From Octopus vulgaris (taxonomy: Eukaryota): DNA of 64,000 bases. Every line of letters starts with the position of its first letter. Position 1 is the first letter of the stretch. This document shows positions 45,359 through 58,500 of this stretch, one piece after another. The translations under genes and the position numbers were made by a program. The stretch covers positions 99,448,001-99,512,000 of the forward strand of contig OX597815.1 in assembly GCA_951406725.2 (NCBI GenBank). The letters are read 5' to 3'. Under the pieces are notes generated by a model. The model was not told where the DNA came from, ran no database searches, and worked only from the letters and a program-made list of their open reading frames with translations.

Positions 45359-45943
45359 ACTACTATGACTTTTGCTCTTCTCAACTAACGAAATTTGTAC
45401 TATGTCCATCCAACAAGGTACTCCACAGTATTTTGCTGAATAGAAATACGTTGTCTCCTGTTATTTAAGCATTTTGCCATATCCTTCTCCAAGCATAGTT
45501 CTTCTAGAATTCTCTCCTTGAATATATATATATTTTTACAACAGATAAACAACTTCTAAAAATTTGTCATCAACGTAAAATACTGTACCCAGTCCCAAAC
45601 TAATAAGGTTTATATAAACAACGGGTCTCATTCACTCACCTCTGATCAAATGAAAATGAAACACTAAATATCCTAAAAACACTAGAAAGAATACAGCAAA
45701 TAATCGTAAAGAAGCCAGAACCCGTCTCATAGAGGGCAAACCTCTAAAAAGTAATACTTCATGATTGTGCTTAAATCCAACACTTAAATATGCTTAAGTT
45801 CATATTCACTTTTACGATATTTTTGAATATTTTTAATGTTAAATTGTTAAAGTTATTTTCAAAATATATTATATTTTACATAGAGAAATATAATTTCTGA
45901 AAGTTGATATTATATCATTCAATAATACAATAATGAATTATTA

Positions 45944-46313
45944 AAAAAAGGAGAAACAAGCAATATTAAATCTCTGAGCGAATCGTAAAATATAATTGCC
46001 AACTAAATGTGACGTTCCCATAGAGGACGATACTACTATTGTTTTTAGCCCTAGGAGGACATCTCCTCCAGCTGGCTAACGACACACTGTCTTTGTCCGA
46101 TTAGTATTTGAGTATTTGCGAGAGGAAATCATCGGGGTCTGTGTGTATCACGTAAGGCGAGAGATGGGAACGATGATTTCCCCTCGCAAATGCTAATCGG
46201 ACACAGACAGTGTGTCGTTAACCAGCTGGAGGAGATGTCCTCCAAGGGCTAAAAACAGCAGTAGTATCGTTCTCTATGGGACCGCCACATTTACTTGGCA
46301 ATTATATTTTACG
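45944..46313. mobile_element. Fold-back element with one-sided ~40-nt tail and 12-bp target-site duplication
   Basis: Arms at about 45983-46132 and 46171-46314. AATGAATTATTA occurs at 45932-45943 and 46314-46325. It shares motifs with 53611-54056. Confidence 0.8.
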
Positions 46314-47072
46314 AATGAATTATTACTTGTCGATGATGTTGATGTTGTTGCAATAATAGTAATAGCAGTAGTTGTTATTTAGCCCTAGGTCAGTTTCCAG
46401 TATTTTTGTGAGTTAAGTTGAGTTACTCTACTGCATGAGTTCAATACATCTTTCGATGGGGTGGATTGATTTGTAGCCGGAGATTACCTCTGAAAATCAG
46501 ATTTTGACGGAAACTTCCTAATGAACCCACATTAGTGAATTCACTGTTTGGAACTGGTTCAACTGATCCCGATTCTTGGCTAAAATAATGGTTATGAGTT
46601 ATGTCAGCATCGCTTTTGAACAGTACGTAAATATGTAAGACCTGGAATGATTATCATGTTTACTTATTACTCTCTTCTATATCAAACGTGGAGTTCCCAA
46701 CAGGCTTAAATATCCATGCACTGTGTCCACATGTTGCCTAATGGACAGAGCTGTCGACCGTACCATCTCTGTAGATATATAAAGAATTAGTAAGAACTGG
46801 ACAGTCGAAAATGAAGTGCTTTTTTTGAGTGTGTGCTGATTGCATTATCTGCACATGTTGCTAACCTCTTATTTTAATACTTATTCAAATCGTTGGTATG
46901 CGATCGGTCCTTAATGGCGAATTATCTTGCCCACTCCTCGAACTGCCCGGTGGTATTATCTCTGTGTAGTACACGGTGTTTGCTAATGCAGTTCTTCGGT
47001 GTTCAAGCCCAGCTGTTGACAAGGAAGCTTTTGATCATACAAGGCTGCATTGCACCTAAACAGCAATAGAAG

Positions 47073-47435
47073 TGGAGGCGCAATGGCCCAATGTTTAAGG
47101 CAGCGGACTGTCGGTCGGAGGATCGCGGTTTCGATTCCCAGACCGGGCGTTGTGTGTGTTTAATGAGCGAAAACACTTAAAGCTCCACGAGGCCCCGGCA
47201 GGGGTGAGGGTGACGACCCCTGTTGTACTCTTTAGCCCCAACTTTCTCTCACTCTTTCTTCCTGTTTCTTGTCCCCGATTTCCCACGCAACCGCTGAGCC
47301 TGGATGCACATTCATCCATCCGTCGCTGCTCTCGGTGTGGGAGTGGACCTGCTTTCTCTTCTGCGGATATTACGAATAGCAAAGGACCACGTTTCGGACT
47401 TCTCTCATATTGCAAGCTCTGGGACGAAGAACGTT
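47073..47435 (+). mobile_element. tRNA-derived SINE, family C
   Basis: Head GGAGGCGCAATGGCCCAATGTTTAAGGGCAGCGGACT...GGTTTCGATTCCCAGACCG with A/B-box-like motifs, a GC-rich body and a CAA/CAG tail. Confidence 0.75.
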
Positions 47436-47521
47436 CGCTCAACAGCATCAGCAACAGCAACAGCAATAGCAAACAGCATAAAAATGAAGAAAAAGAGCAA
47501 CGACTAATACTACTATTGCTG

Positions 47522-47564
<43 letters not shown>

Positions 47565-48024
47565 AACAACAACGACGACGACGACGACTACTACTACCTC
47601 TACTGCTGCTGCCATTACAACTACAATTACTACAACTACAACTGATAGAAACATTGTTTCAACGGAATGACAGCCTATATCATATAATGATATGGGCAGA
47701 GTAGTTTGGTGTTATTGTTATTTTCTTAACCCCTAGTCAGCTGTCAAGAAGCCGATCAATAACTAAAAGGACTCAAACCTCAACAAAATGGATTCAAGCC
47801 AGTCTCTTATACAATATGCCTTCCTCTATCTCTGTAATCATAAATATACATACACACGCATATATATATGTATGTGTATGTATATATATAAATATATATA
47901 TGCACACATATATATACTTATATATATGTATATATATATATATACACATATATATAAGTATATATATGTGTGCATATATAAATATATATATATGTGCGTG
48001 TATGTGTGTGTGTGTGTGTGTGTA

Positions 48025-48375
48025 TTTAGTGTACATTTAAATACAAAATTGGCAAGCCGTATCAGCTGATGAGAACTTCGCCTTGCAAATTATTTTATTT
48101 ACTAATTAAAATTCGAAAGCTAAGGTCCGGTTGTAAAACATGGTAAATGTTTTTATTTTTCATTCCCTTCGAAGTTTCTCTTAACTGTGGTTTGGACTTT
48201 TTGACTGTTCTTTCTAGTATGGTAGGCAACCTGTTAATGCTTGCTTCTTTGTACTTAAATGTACACTAAATTTTTTATATGAAAAATATGTCTATTGACT
48301 TTGTAATACATACTAGGCCACTGGAAGAAAACAATTTCTATAATTTTTCCTATCCTATATTTGTTTTTAATCATC
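48025..48375 (+). mobile_element. Penelope-like 3' end with short inverted arm and decayed hammerhead
   Basis: 23-bp inverted arms at 48025-48047 and 48248-48270 (22/23 match), an internal CTGATGA...GAAA motif, and CTAGGCCACTGG near the end, which is the reverse complement of the motif at 15225. Confidence 0.6.
48060..48133 (+). ncRNA. Decayed type I hammerhead motif
   Basis: CTGATGA(48066-48072)-GAA...TTC-GAAA(48115-48118)-GCTAAGG-TC-CGGTTG, with mismatches in helices I and III. Confidence 0.45.
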
Positions 48376-48419
48376 TTTATCACACTTGTAAGAGTGAGTT
48401 TTTTTTAAATGTGTTGTAA

Positions 48420-48762
48420 CCGCAGAATCCTTAGAGTGTCGTGGAGGAGAGAAGGACGAACAACTGGGTATTATAAAAGCTCGGTTACGAGATGACGCTT
48501 CGGTGAAACATCATGAAGCGGAAGCTACGGCTCTTTGGCCACGTCATGCGCCGGGATGGACTTGAGCGAACGATCATAACTGGCAAAGTGAACGGCAGAC
48601 ATAAAAAAGGCAGACCACCCACTTCTTGGCTAAAAGACATCGCAGCCACAAGATTGTCTTTATTCTCAGCTATCCATGGGGTAGAGGGCAGGAGAAGGTG
48701 GTAAGACATCGTGATAACCACAGCATCACATAGTGCGACACCTGACTAGGATGAATGATGGT
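48420..48762 (+). mobile_element. RTE/BovB-like LINE 3' end
   Basis: RILRVSW ... KRKLRLFGHVMRRDGLERTIITGKVNGRHKKGRPPTSWLKDI. Confidence 0.85.
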
Positions 48763-48772
48763 TAATTTTAAG

Positions 48773-48827
<55 letters not shown>

Positions 48828-48929
48828 GTCCGAATGTATGTATATATGTATGTATATATGGATGGATAGATTGATGGATGATGTATGTATGTGCGTATAT
48901 ATGTAAGTGTATATGTATGCATGTCATTC

Positions 48930-49264
48930 AGTTTTTGTTTTCAAAATTTCTTGCCAATAGAGAAAGACCCGGTTTCTAAGTAAGATCCAAGGCTCCTTCA
49001 TTGAAATTTCAACATCAACAGGATATTTTTAGATGCATGTATGTATACGTGCAGGTTTGTATGTTTTACTTTATGTATGTTTTCTCATGCATATAGTTGC
49101 ATACATGGTCATATATACTTAAATGATAAACCTCTGAAAAGTTTTACAAATTTTTGCAATTCCAGTGATGGATTGGATTTGTAGTCTTCGAATCAGCTTT
49201 CTCCTTTCTGGTTTTGAGAAGCCTACTTTATCAAGATTGGTATTTAGGCAGTGTGATCCCAGTG
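48930..49264 (-). mobile_element. 3' end of an RLE-type (R2/R4-like) non-LTR retroelement within (TATG)n
   Basis: The minus strand gives LGSHCLNTNLDKVGFS...LIRRLQIQSITGIAKICKTFQRFII* then a ~190-nt UTR. Clade assignment is from recalled C-terminal similarity only. Confidence 0.45.
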
Positions 49265-49380
49265 TATGTATGTATGTATGTATGTATGTATGTATGTATG
49301 TATGTATGTATGTATGTATGTATGTATGTATGCATGTATGTATGTATGTATGTATGTATGTATGTATGTATGTATGTATG

Positions 49381-50780
49381 CCGCCTATTCTGGTCAGTGA
49401 AATTGAAAAAGCTGTCAAATTTATGGAAGCAAACAAAGCTCCAGATAGAAATGCATAACAACAGAGATGTTAAGGTGCAAAGGTGAAGGGCTGTGGAAAA
49501 TGCTCGTTCTACGTTTCAATAGCCAACTGAAGGAGGGTAAAATACCCTCACAATGAGAAGAGTAGAATATCGTCATGCTTAAAAGTGTGATAAAGATGAT
49601 TAAAAACAAAATTTTCGCTCCAAATACCTCTTGTCTTACATCTGTAAGCTGTTTAAAGAGGTCATGTTTACTAGACCATGGGCACAGCTCGATAACCAGT
49701 AGCCGAGGGAGTAAGCAGTTTCCGCAAGAACTACAAAACGATGGCTCGCATATTTACTATAACATAGCTTATAAAACGAGTGAATTATTACAAGTTGCTT
49801 TTGTGCATCTCTTTCGTTGAATAGGAAAAGGCTTTCGATAGCGTCGTGTTGAAAGCAGTGCTGAACTCTCTCGAAATGCAAGGTGTCGAGGCGCAAACTA
49901 CTCACATGGATGAACAACACGGATTCACAACAGATATAGCTCTGTTATTGCCACCAACTGAGATGGGCGTGAAACAAGGATATATAATCTGTCCAAAGCA
50001 CTTCACCTCAGGTCTTGAAATAGTCAACGAAGATATTAACTGGATAGGTGACGTGAACATCAACGGCGAGCTACTAAGCACCCCTGATTTACATATGTTA
50101 TTGTACTTACTGACGAAACCATAGATCCGCTGCTGACAGAGCTGGACAGCCATAGCTCAGCCGTAAGCCTTAAAAGGAATTGCATGAAAACGAAATAAAA
50201 GCGGTCCGAAACGTAGCACAAGGCCGAATAGAGGTGGGAAGCGATAAATTTAGGCGGTAAAGGAGTACGTCTACTTGGGACACACAATATGCGCTGAGAT
50301 ACGGATGATGAGATCTCGAAGCAAATGAGGGCGGAATGGAAGGTTTTTGTCCCAATAAAGGATATGCTCAACGCAAAGATGGACAAGATCATACATACCG
50401 GACTCTACAATAGCACCGCAAGTAAGATGCGGGCAACTACGAAGAGGAAAAAAACATTGATTGGCTAGGACGCAAAGAGCCACGGAAAGCTTCGTACTCG
50501 GAATAACATTAGGAGAGCGTATTCAAAATAATTTGAGATAATTTGAGAACGGAGCAGAGGGAAAAATATGATTGAAAAATACCGAAAGCTCAAGTTTCGC
50601 TGGGCCGCATATGACACTAGGTTCACAGGCAACAGGTGCCGAGTGGTATCCACGAGACCAGAAAAGGCCATTTGGAAGTCCTCCACGACAATAGGAAGAC
50701 GACTTATTTAATCGATTTAGGGCAAGATGGAAAAGGATGGTGTAATCAAGGAATAACTGAATGGGCGTTGTGACAAGTGA
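49381..50780 (+). pseudogene. Decayed RTE-clade reverse transcriptase
   Basis: PPILVSEIEKAVKFMEANKAPD, GVKQGYIICPKHF, VNINGELL, EYVYLG and RKLKFRWA in order, with many disruptions. Confidence 0.75.
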
Positions 50781-51661
50781 CGTATGACAGCATCTAATTC
50801 TCTGATCGATGCAATGAGACAGTGAGGATATGAGAACTTCGCATAGATTGGCTTTCAGTTATAGTCAGGAGAGACTGAGCAATTTCCCTGTCTGATCTTG
50901 TCTGATCAGTTTCCCATCTGATCTTGTGCGAAACTAAACAACACCAGTCGATGTTCAAAAGGCGAGCTTCGGGAAGATGCCCAACACGCGGCGGGGTAGA
51001 CAACTGAAGAATCCCGGAGAAAAGCCATGAAGTCTACATAAAATGACTAAATAATCATGAGTAACCTTGGAACACATTCAGATGTCAGTGAGGATTTTGA
51101 AGCCGTTTCTACTCCGGAAGGTTAACGAAAACGACAGCGAGTGACTGTCATTTTCCTGTGCATTTTCATGTCATTTGCGGAGTATTCTGATTTGACACTA
51201 CACTAAAACAAGATGTATGCATATAAGATATATATAAATACAGATCTGTCTATCTTTCGATATGTGTATTTGTGTGTGTATGCGTGTATACACATATACA
51301 TACACATATCTATTCAGTTATAAGATTTTTAAAAAATCTGAATAAATCAAGAGCAATACATGTGAGTTAATTAACTTCCATGTCTGTATATGTGTGTGGG
51401 CGTTTAAATGTGTGTGGGTGTTTCACAATTTCTGGAATACAACGAATAAATAGCATAGCAGTATGAAGTTCGAAATAATACTATAAGCATGAATAGATCA
51501 GGATTATGGGGTAGTCTGCAGATAGCACGGTTTAGAGGTCAAATAGATAGTAAGTTGTTGACTGTGTCATGTTAGCAGTGAGATGACTGTCATAATGAAA
51601 GCAATAAATGTATATTTGTACTAATATAGAAAGAAAACTCTCACACACACATACACGCGCG

Positions 51662-52720
<1,059 letters not shown>

Positions 52721-52822
52721 TAAGCGATACAGAAGGGCAATGAAGATAATAGAATTACGAAGAGAGAAATGGCTAGTCACCGAGGTAACGGGATCGTAAG
52801 ATATACATGTGTGTGTGTGTGA

Positions 52823-52867
<45 letters not shown>

Positions 52868-52889
52868 TGAGTGTGTTGACGCACACACA

Positions 52890-53150
52890 TGTAGGTTTGT
52901 AAGTAAATACCTTCGTGACACCCAGGCTATACTAGAGTTTTCACAAAAGAGATCAACCAGCCGACACGCACATTATGAAACACAATGTATAAGTGGAACA
53001 GTAAAAATGTACACGGCATTCTCAGGTTCAAACTCTGACATTCTCTTTGCCATCTACATTCTGAAGATGGAGTTTTGACTCTTTGGTAGAAACAAACTTA
53101 TTCTTTACAGTAATTCTTCAAATAAGTCAGAACAGAAGAAAACATGCATA
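52890..53150 (+). mobile_element. Decayed 3' end related to the 48930-49264 RLE-type element
   Basis: FVSKYLRDT...QCISGTVKMYTAF aligns by eye with QSITGIAKICKTF and runs into CATA repeats. Confidence 0.35.
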
Positions 53151-53359
53151 TCTATGTAAATACACATATATACATACATACATGTTTATCTCCAGCAATA
53201 GAGAGCATTCGCCATATCTTATTCCATAACGGCTACCTCTGCTGAGGTACGTAATCGGACTGTTAACGCACTCCGTTGAATCCCTAGCGTGAACCCGATT
53301 AGCATGACCGGCTGGAATGGATATATAATACTGTACACTTCAGTTGATATATATATATA

Positions 53360-53601
53360 TTATCTTCCCTTCACCCTAGTCCTCCTGTGTGACCTTTTTG
53401 TCCGGCATTCGCCATGATAGATCGCTAGCCACTACACATTTTTTTATTTTCTCTCCTTGTTTCTTTCTGTGTTCCTCTCTGTGGAAGCGCGTAGGCTCAA
53501 AACGTTGAAAAATTTTTCACTTCCCGAGCGTTATACTAATACATCTGTTTATTGTCTATACCCTCTGTCTTCTTCTTTTGCATTTTTTGCGAATTCTCCC
53601 T
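53360..53601 (+). mobile_element. Short (TA)n-flanked element, probable Penelope-like 3' end
   Basis: The terminus CTGTCTTC.TCTTTTG...CTCCCT matches 20908-20958. It contains the hammerhead-like relic GGAAGCGCGTAGGCTCAAAACG. Confidence 0.45.
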
Positions 53602-53610
53602 ATATATATA

Positions 53611-54053
53611 CGAGGTATACTTACCATTTCAATATGGTTAACCACTAAGGGTGGGTGTTACTGTAGCTTGTAGCCCCAGGAGAACATCGTCTCCAGATGG
53701 CTTTAGGCTTGCAAGCAGTTTTTCGAAATCAGTGACGAAAAGTTACTGGAAAAACGATATAAGAATTTGCATTGGGACATCCCTTCATCGAAAACCGGTG
53801 ATTGTCGTACGCTGATGACAGGTCAAAACCTAGAAACTGCAGTCCGTGCGTTACACTTAGGTTGACGAGGGAAGGGTGACCTCCCTTTGCAAATACCATA
53901 AGTGTGCCTAAAGCCAGCTGGAGACGATGTTCTCCTGGGGCTACAAGCTACAGTAACACCCACCCTTAGTGGTTAGCCATATTGAGATGGCAAGTATACC
54001 TCACAATGTCGAGCAGTTACTGTTTATACCTCGTTCAGAGGTTTATTATTGCT

Positions 54054-54056
<3 letters not shown>
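53611..54056 (+). mobile_element. Fold-back element with a hammerhead in the loop and a one-sided tail
   Basis: Arms at about 53612-53708 and 53905-54002 differ at only a few positions. The tail runs into (TA)n. Confidence 0.85.
53806..53850 (+). ncRNA. Minimal type I hammerhead ribozyme
   Basis: CGTACG-CTGATGA-c AGGT caaa ACCT a-GAAA-CTGCAG-TC-CGTGCG. Helix I has 6 bp (one G-U), helix II has 4 bp, helix III is palindromic, and the GUC site predicts cleavage after 53844. Confidence 0.8.
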
Positions 54057-54102
<46 letters not shown>

Positions 54103-54128
54103 TAAATCTTAGGGTAGCAAAAAAAAAA

Positions 54129-54206
54129 AAGATGGCAACGCCAATTGTAAAGTAAAATAATTTTATTTTATTTACAAAAGATTGCCGAAACTATGCATAG
54201 TCCAGG
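54129..54206 (+). ncRNA. 5'-truncated hammerhead (helix II, GAAA, helix III, GUC)
   Basis: AAGAT-GGCAA...TTGCC-GAAA-CTATGCATAG-TC-CAGG. The CUG of the core is replaced by an A run. Confidence 0.5.
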
Positions 54207-54499
54207 AAAGATAGGGTAAACGTTTTTATTTCTCTTTCCCTTTCAGAATTACAACTATTAGTGGTTTCGAGTTTAACTGCTCTTTCTAGTGAGTCAGATG
54301 TCCTATTATGGTCATCTCTTATGTGTTTAAATATATATATATATATATATGCATATATATCTACACATACATGCATATATATACATGCATACATATATGA
54401 CACATATATATATGTATGTATATGTATATACATATATATATATAATCAAAATAAGCAAGAAAAATAACAATTTATAAAGGGTAAGAGGTTAATAGTTTA

Positions 54500-55135
54500 T
54501 GCACATATATGCATATATACACACATGCAAATATTTATACGTTTATATGGATTTAGAATAACCATTTCGCATAGACTTAAGTAGATGAAAAATGTCTATT
54601 TAAGAACAGTAACAACTTATAAGGGATAAGAGGTTAATATGTAAGAATATCAAAATAAGAAAACAAAATAATAAGAATTTATAGAAAATAAAGAGAAATA
54701 CATATAACCTAAACTTAAAGAGACAGGGTACTAAAATTTGAGTAGAAAAGAGATAAAAGTAACCCGGAAAGAGAAGGTAGTAGGTATGGGCGTAGTGAGG
54801 GCAGTTAGGTATTCAGACCGAAGAGATTTTATAAGTTGTAATGTTACAGTTGTTATTATATATATGATCTTGTAGTTTCTAGGTGGTATATTATTAGGAA
54901 ACTTACATAAAATCATTGCAAATATACATAATATGATGAGTTGGGTAGAACATCACTGAAAGGAAAAAATAGTGTAATCACCAAAAAAAAAACTATTAAC
55001 CTCTTATCCCTTATAAATTGTTATTTTTCGTAAACAGATCATTTTCAGTTACTTATGTCTATACGAGATAGTTATACTATATCCATATAAACGTATAAAT
55101 ATTTGTGTATATGTGCATGTATGCACATATATAAA
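54500..55135. repeat. Diverged inverted repeat with ~140-bp arms and a ~350-bp spacer
   Basis: CAAATATTTATACGTTTATATGGAT...TTATAAGGGATAAGAGGTTAATA is mirrored at 54993-55135. Confidence 0.7.
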
Positions 55136-55579
55136 TAAGTGTGTGTATCTGTACACATTTTTATTTTTTCTGATTCTTGGCTTAGAATTAATATATAGCT
55201 AGCATGTTTATCTTTTCATTATTCAATAAGTAAATGCCCCGAGTAGTCTTTATAGCAACCAACTAATAAGCAATTAATTAAGTACATGAATGAATATTAA
55301 ACTGATTCTATGTAATCTTTCCTTTTTAATGTTTATAATTGATATATACATACAGTTTACCTATTTTGATTATGATATCATTTTTGAAAATTATAAATTT
55401 TATTTTTATAAGACATAATATTGTTTATAAACAATCACCCATAGTACCCCAAGATAAAATTACATCTGTATTAACATCCTAGGTTTTATTAGCGTCTTGC
55501 CCTTTTAAATGGTAATTAACATCATGATTTAGAGTCTTCCCCTACCCAGACTCCTTTTGCTGACAACTACTCTATATAT

Positions 55580-58500
55580 GTTCCCAAGGCTTTAAGTATA
55601 TCCTCAATGTGGTGTAAGAGCTGTGTTTGACACTCTCTGCCACAGCGAAAGCCGTGCTGATTTGCATTTAGGAGCTTGTGGGTCTCCAGGAAGCCAGCTA
55701 TCCTTGATCTTACCACTGTTTAAAACACTTTAATGATGTGGGAAGTGAGTAAGATTGGGCGATAGTTGACTGCGAAGGATCTGTTTCACTGTTTGGAAAC
55801 CGGGATGATAAACTCGGTTAGGAGCTGTTTCGGTATATAACCTAAGTCTAAAGAATTTCTCCAGAGGTTTGTCAGAGGGACTGCAAGTTGGTGTCTACAT
55901 CCCTTCAGGAGACTAGCGGGGAATCTATCAGGGTCTACAGCAGAATAGTATTTGACCTTATTTGTTGCTGCTATGATGTCTGAGGCAGTGAAGATTATGT
56001 CCGATATTTTATGTTGGGAATCAACTTAGTTCGCTTCCCTTACGTCAATATCAGTGGATCACTAAAGACAGAGCAGTATTGTTTCTGCTGCCATTTATTT
56101 AGATCGTGTTGGGGAATGCCGTTATCATCGATCAATAGCCCAATGGGTGAGACAGCGGTTCTATGCTTATTTGTATAAGAATACAACACTTTTGGTATCT
56201 GTTTGATGCTTTTGATTACCCACTGTTCCTCTGTAGCTCTTTGATTTTCAATGGAGGTTTTCACGTCGGTTTGCAGCTGAAGTGTTTCCCACTCCAGCGT
56301 TTTCTTTGTTGTTGAATATAGATGTTTTATGTGGGAGTATTTTAATTGGTTGAGTTTTTATTGAGTCTTTTGATGCTCCTGATGAGTGTTTTTTTCTAGG
56401 GAGCCGGTTTCTGTTTGTGTCAGTGGATTTCGTAGGAGCGTGTTCTGAGCATGTATAGGCGACAATGTTCTCAAACTGCTGCCATGCGGTCTCAATGTGA
56501 GTGCAATTGAGAGTGAAGGACCAGTCGATGAAGAACAGATCCTTTCTGATTGCTCCCCGCCCGCTTTGTGAAAGTTTATGTTGTCAACTAATTACAGTGG
56601 AGTGGGATTGGCTGGTTTGGTTTTGATATGCTGGGAATTAAAATTGCAGGTTATCATGTCGTGGTCTGAGAGGAGAGTTTTTTCAAATGAAATACTGTGA
56701 ACGGAGCTAGAGTTGTTGGTTAATATTAGATCCAAGATCGTTTTATTCTGTCTTGTTGGTTTGAGCACTGGCTGAGTCAGGAATAATTTATCCATTTGAT
56801 TAAAGAGTAATTCTGCTGCTTCTTTATCTCATGTAGAGCATTTGCTAACTTCAGAGTATTTGTGGGCCAGTTTATATGAGAGAGGTTAAAATCACCCATC
56901 ACTAGTATGTTTCTGGAGTTGTATTTTTGAAGGAAGGACTTGATTTTGTTGAGACACTCTTCAAAGCACTTTAGAGGTGCTTGGGAAGGCCTGAAAAGAC
57001 CAACAATGATTATGTCTTTGGCCTTGTTGAATAGTGATATAGATTCACAATAGCCATTGGAAAATATGTCCTTGGCATCAACTGAAAAGAAGTCATGGAG
57101 AAAGATAGCTGTCCCCCCCTTTATTTCTGTCTGTGCGATCTGCACGGACGATGGTAAAATCCTTTATTTTCACCTCGGCATCCGTAAGTGTGCTGTTTAG
57201 GTGAGTTTCAGTAAGGATAAAGAGAGGAAAGCAATGTGCCGTTTCAGCAATCAACCCTCTATATATGGGATCTTCCATTTTTGGACAATGACGTTTGCAT
57301 TGTTCTAAGTTATGTTTTATGTTGTTCAGAGGTAGCAATGAGAGTAGTTTTATATGGGGCTGTGTGTGTATGATTTTCTAGTTGGTGGTATGTGTTTTGC
57401 ATAAATGGTTGCTGATAGCTCGTTGGATCTCCTAGCTTAGGTCGGCCTTCGTATTTTCTAGATAAGTTAGTATGGTTGTAGGAGGTGAAATGTGGTTGTA
57501 TTTTGTTTTTGCTGTTGTCGTAGGTCTTCTCTGTTGCTGTTTATATATGTATTTTTCGATCGTTTTGTGCCCTTCAGATGGTGGTGGTTGCGTTCTGGGT
57601 CCAAGCACATCCATAGAGGTTTTTCTATACTGGCAGGCTCGTTGGTCAGTGGTCCTACTGTAGTAGCAGTAGCAGACTGTTGTTGTTGTTGTTGTTGTCG
57701 CGGCAGTGGAATTTGACTTGCAACAGTAGGGCTGGGTGGAATCAGGTCAGATAGTGGTACCAAACAAGGTGCTTCCAATATAGTAGCAGTAGCAGGCTGT
57801 TGTTGCGATAGTGAGTCCTGGCTTGCCACGGTAAGTGTTGGGTGGAATTAGGTCAGATAACGATATCAATGAACATGTTGTTTGTTGCTGGCTAACGGAT
57901 CGTTGCAGTGGCCCGATGGCATTGGGTCAGGTGGTGCGCTACGTCCGTTGACAAGTATGGCTTCTAGTGTTACCATGTGCGAATGTAAAGTATGAAACGA
58001 TCTTGTAATTTCTTTTACTTTGTTTTCGATCTGTTTTACAGATCTGTAAAAGGATTGTGACGCTAATTTTTCATCGATTTTACCGTAGACACTATCGTAA
58101 TGGTGAGTGTACCAAGCGTTTATCAGTGCACTGATTTTGTTTTCTACACAGTTGCGTTTTAGAATATTATTGGCCATATTCAGTGGATAGGACAGTATTA
58201 TACACTGTACGCCAGCTATTGATGACACGATGTATAATCATGAATGCACCGTTGAAAAGTTTGTGTCGATATATTCGGAAATGTGTGGCTATATCTGGGT
58301 GTGTGTGAGACATTTCAGTGTATTTAGCACAAATCAGAAAAAGCGGTGTGTTTAATACAAATCAAGAGAAAATAATTGTACTCACGGGCCTAGTTTTAGA
58401 ACTAATCTTGGGTTTAGTTTTAGGTTATATTTGTTTCTCCAGGTTGTATATAAATTTGTGTAAATTTATCCTCCGATGATAGTAAAATAGTAGAATAGTA
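55580..58500 (-). mobile_element. CR1-group LINE, 5' ~3 kb (UTR, putative ORF1, APE endonuclease, RT N-terminus), degraded
   Basis: LTETHL, RADRTDRNKGG, VMGDFNLSHINW, PTRQNKTILDLILTN, LSDHDMI, NYRPILLTSHIIKVF and NQHGFR, in order on the minus strand. Confidence 0.85.

Noticed and set aside
47073-47150. tRNA genes at SINE heads (also ~6150-6224, 22690-22771, 32755-32840)
   Set aside because: A/B-box-like motifs continue into multi-copy SINE bodies, and I could not fold a full cloverleaf.
50996-51037. Hammerhead-like GTAGACAA-CTGAAGA-ATCCCGGA-GAAA...GTCTAC
   Set aside because: The helix II loop is one nucleotide, there is no helix III or NUH site, and helix I is mismatched next to the core.
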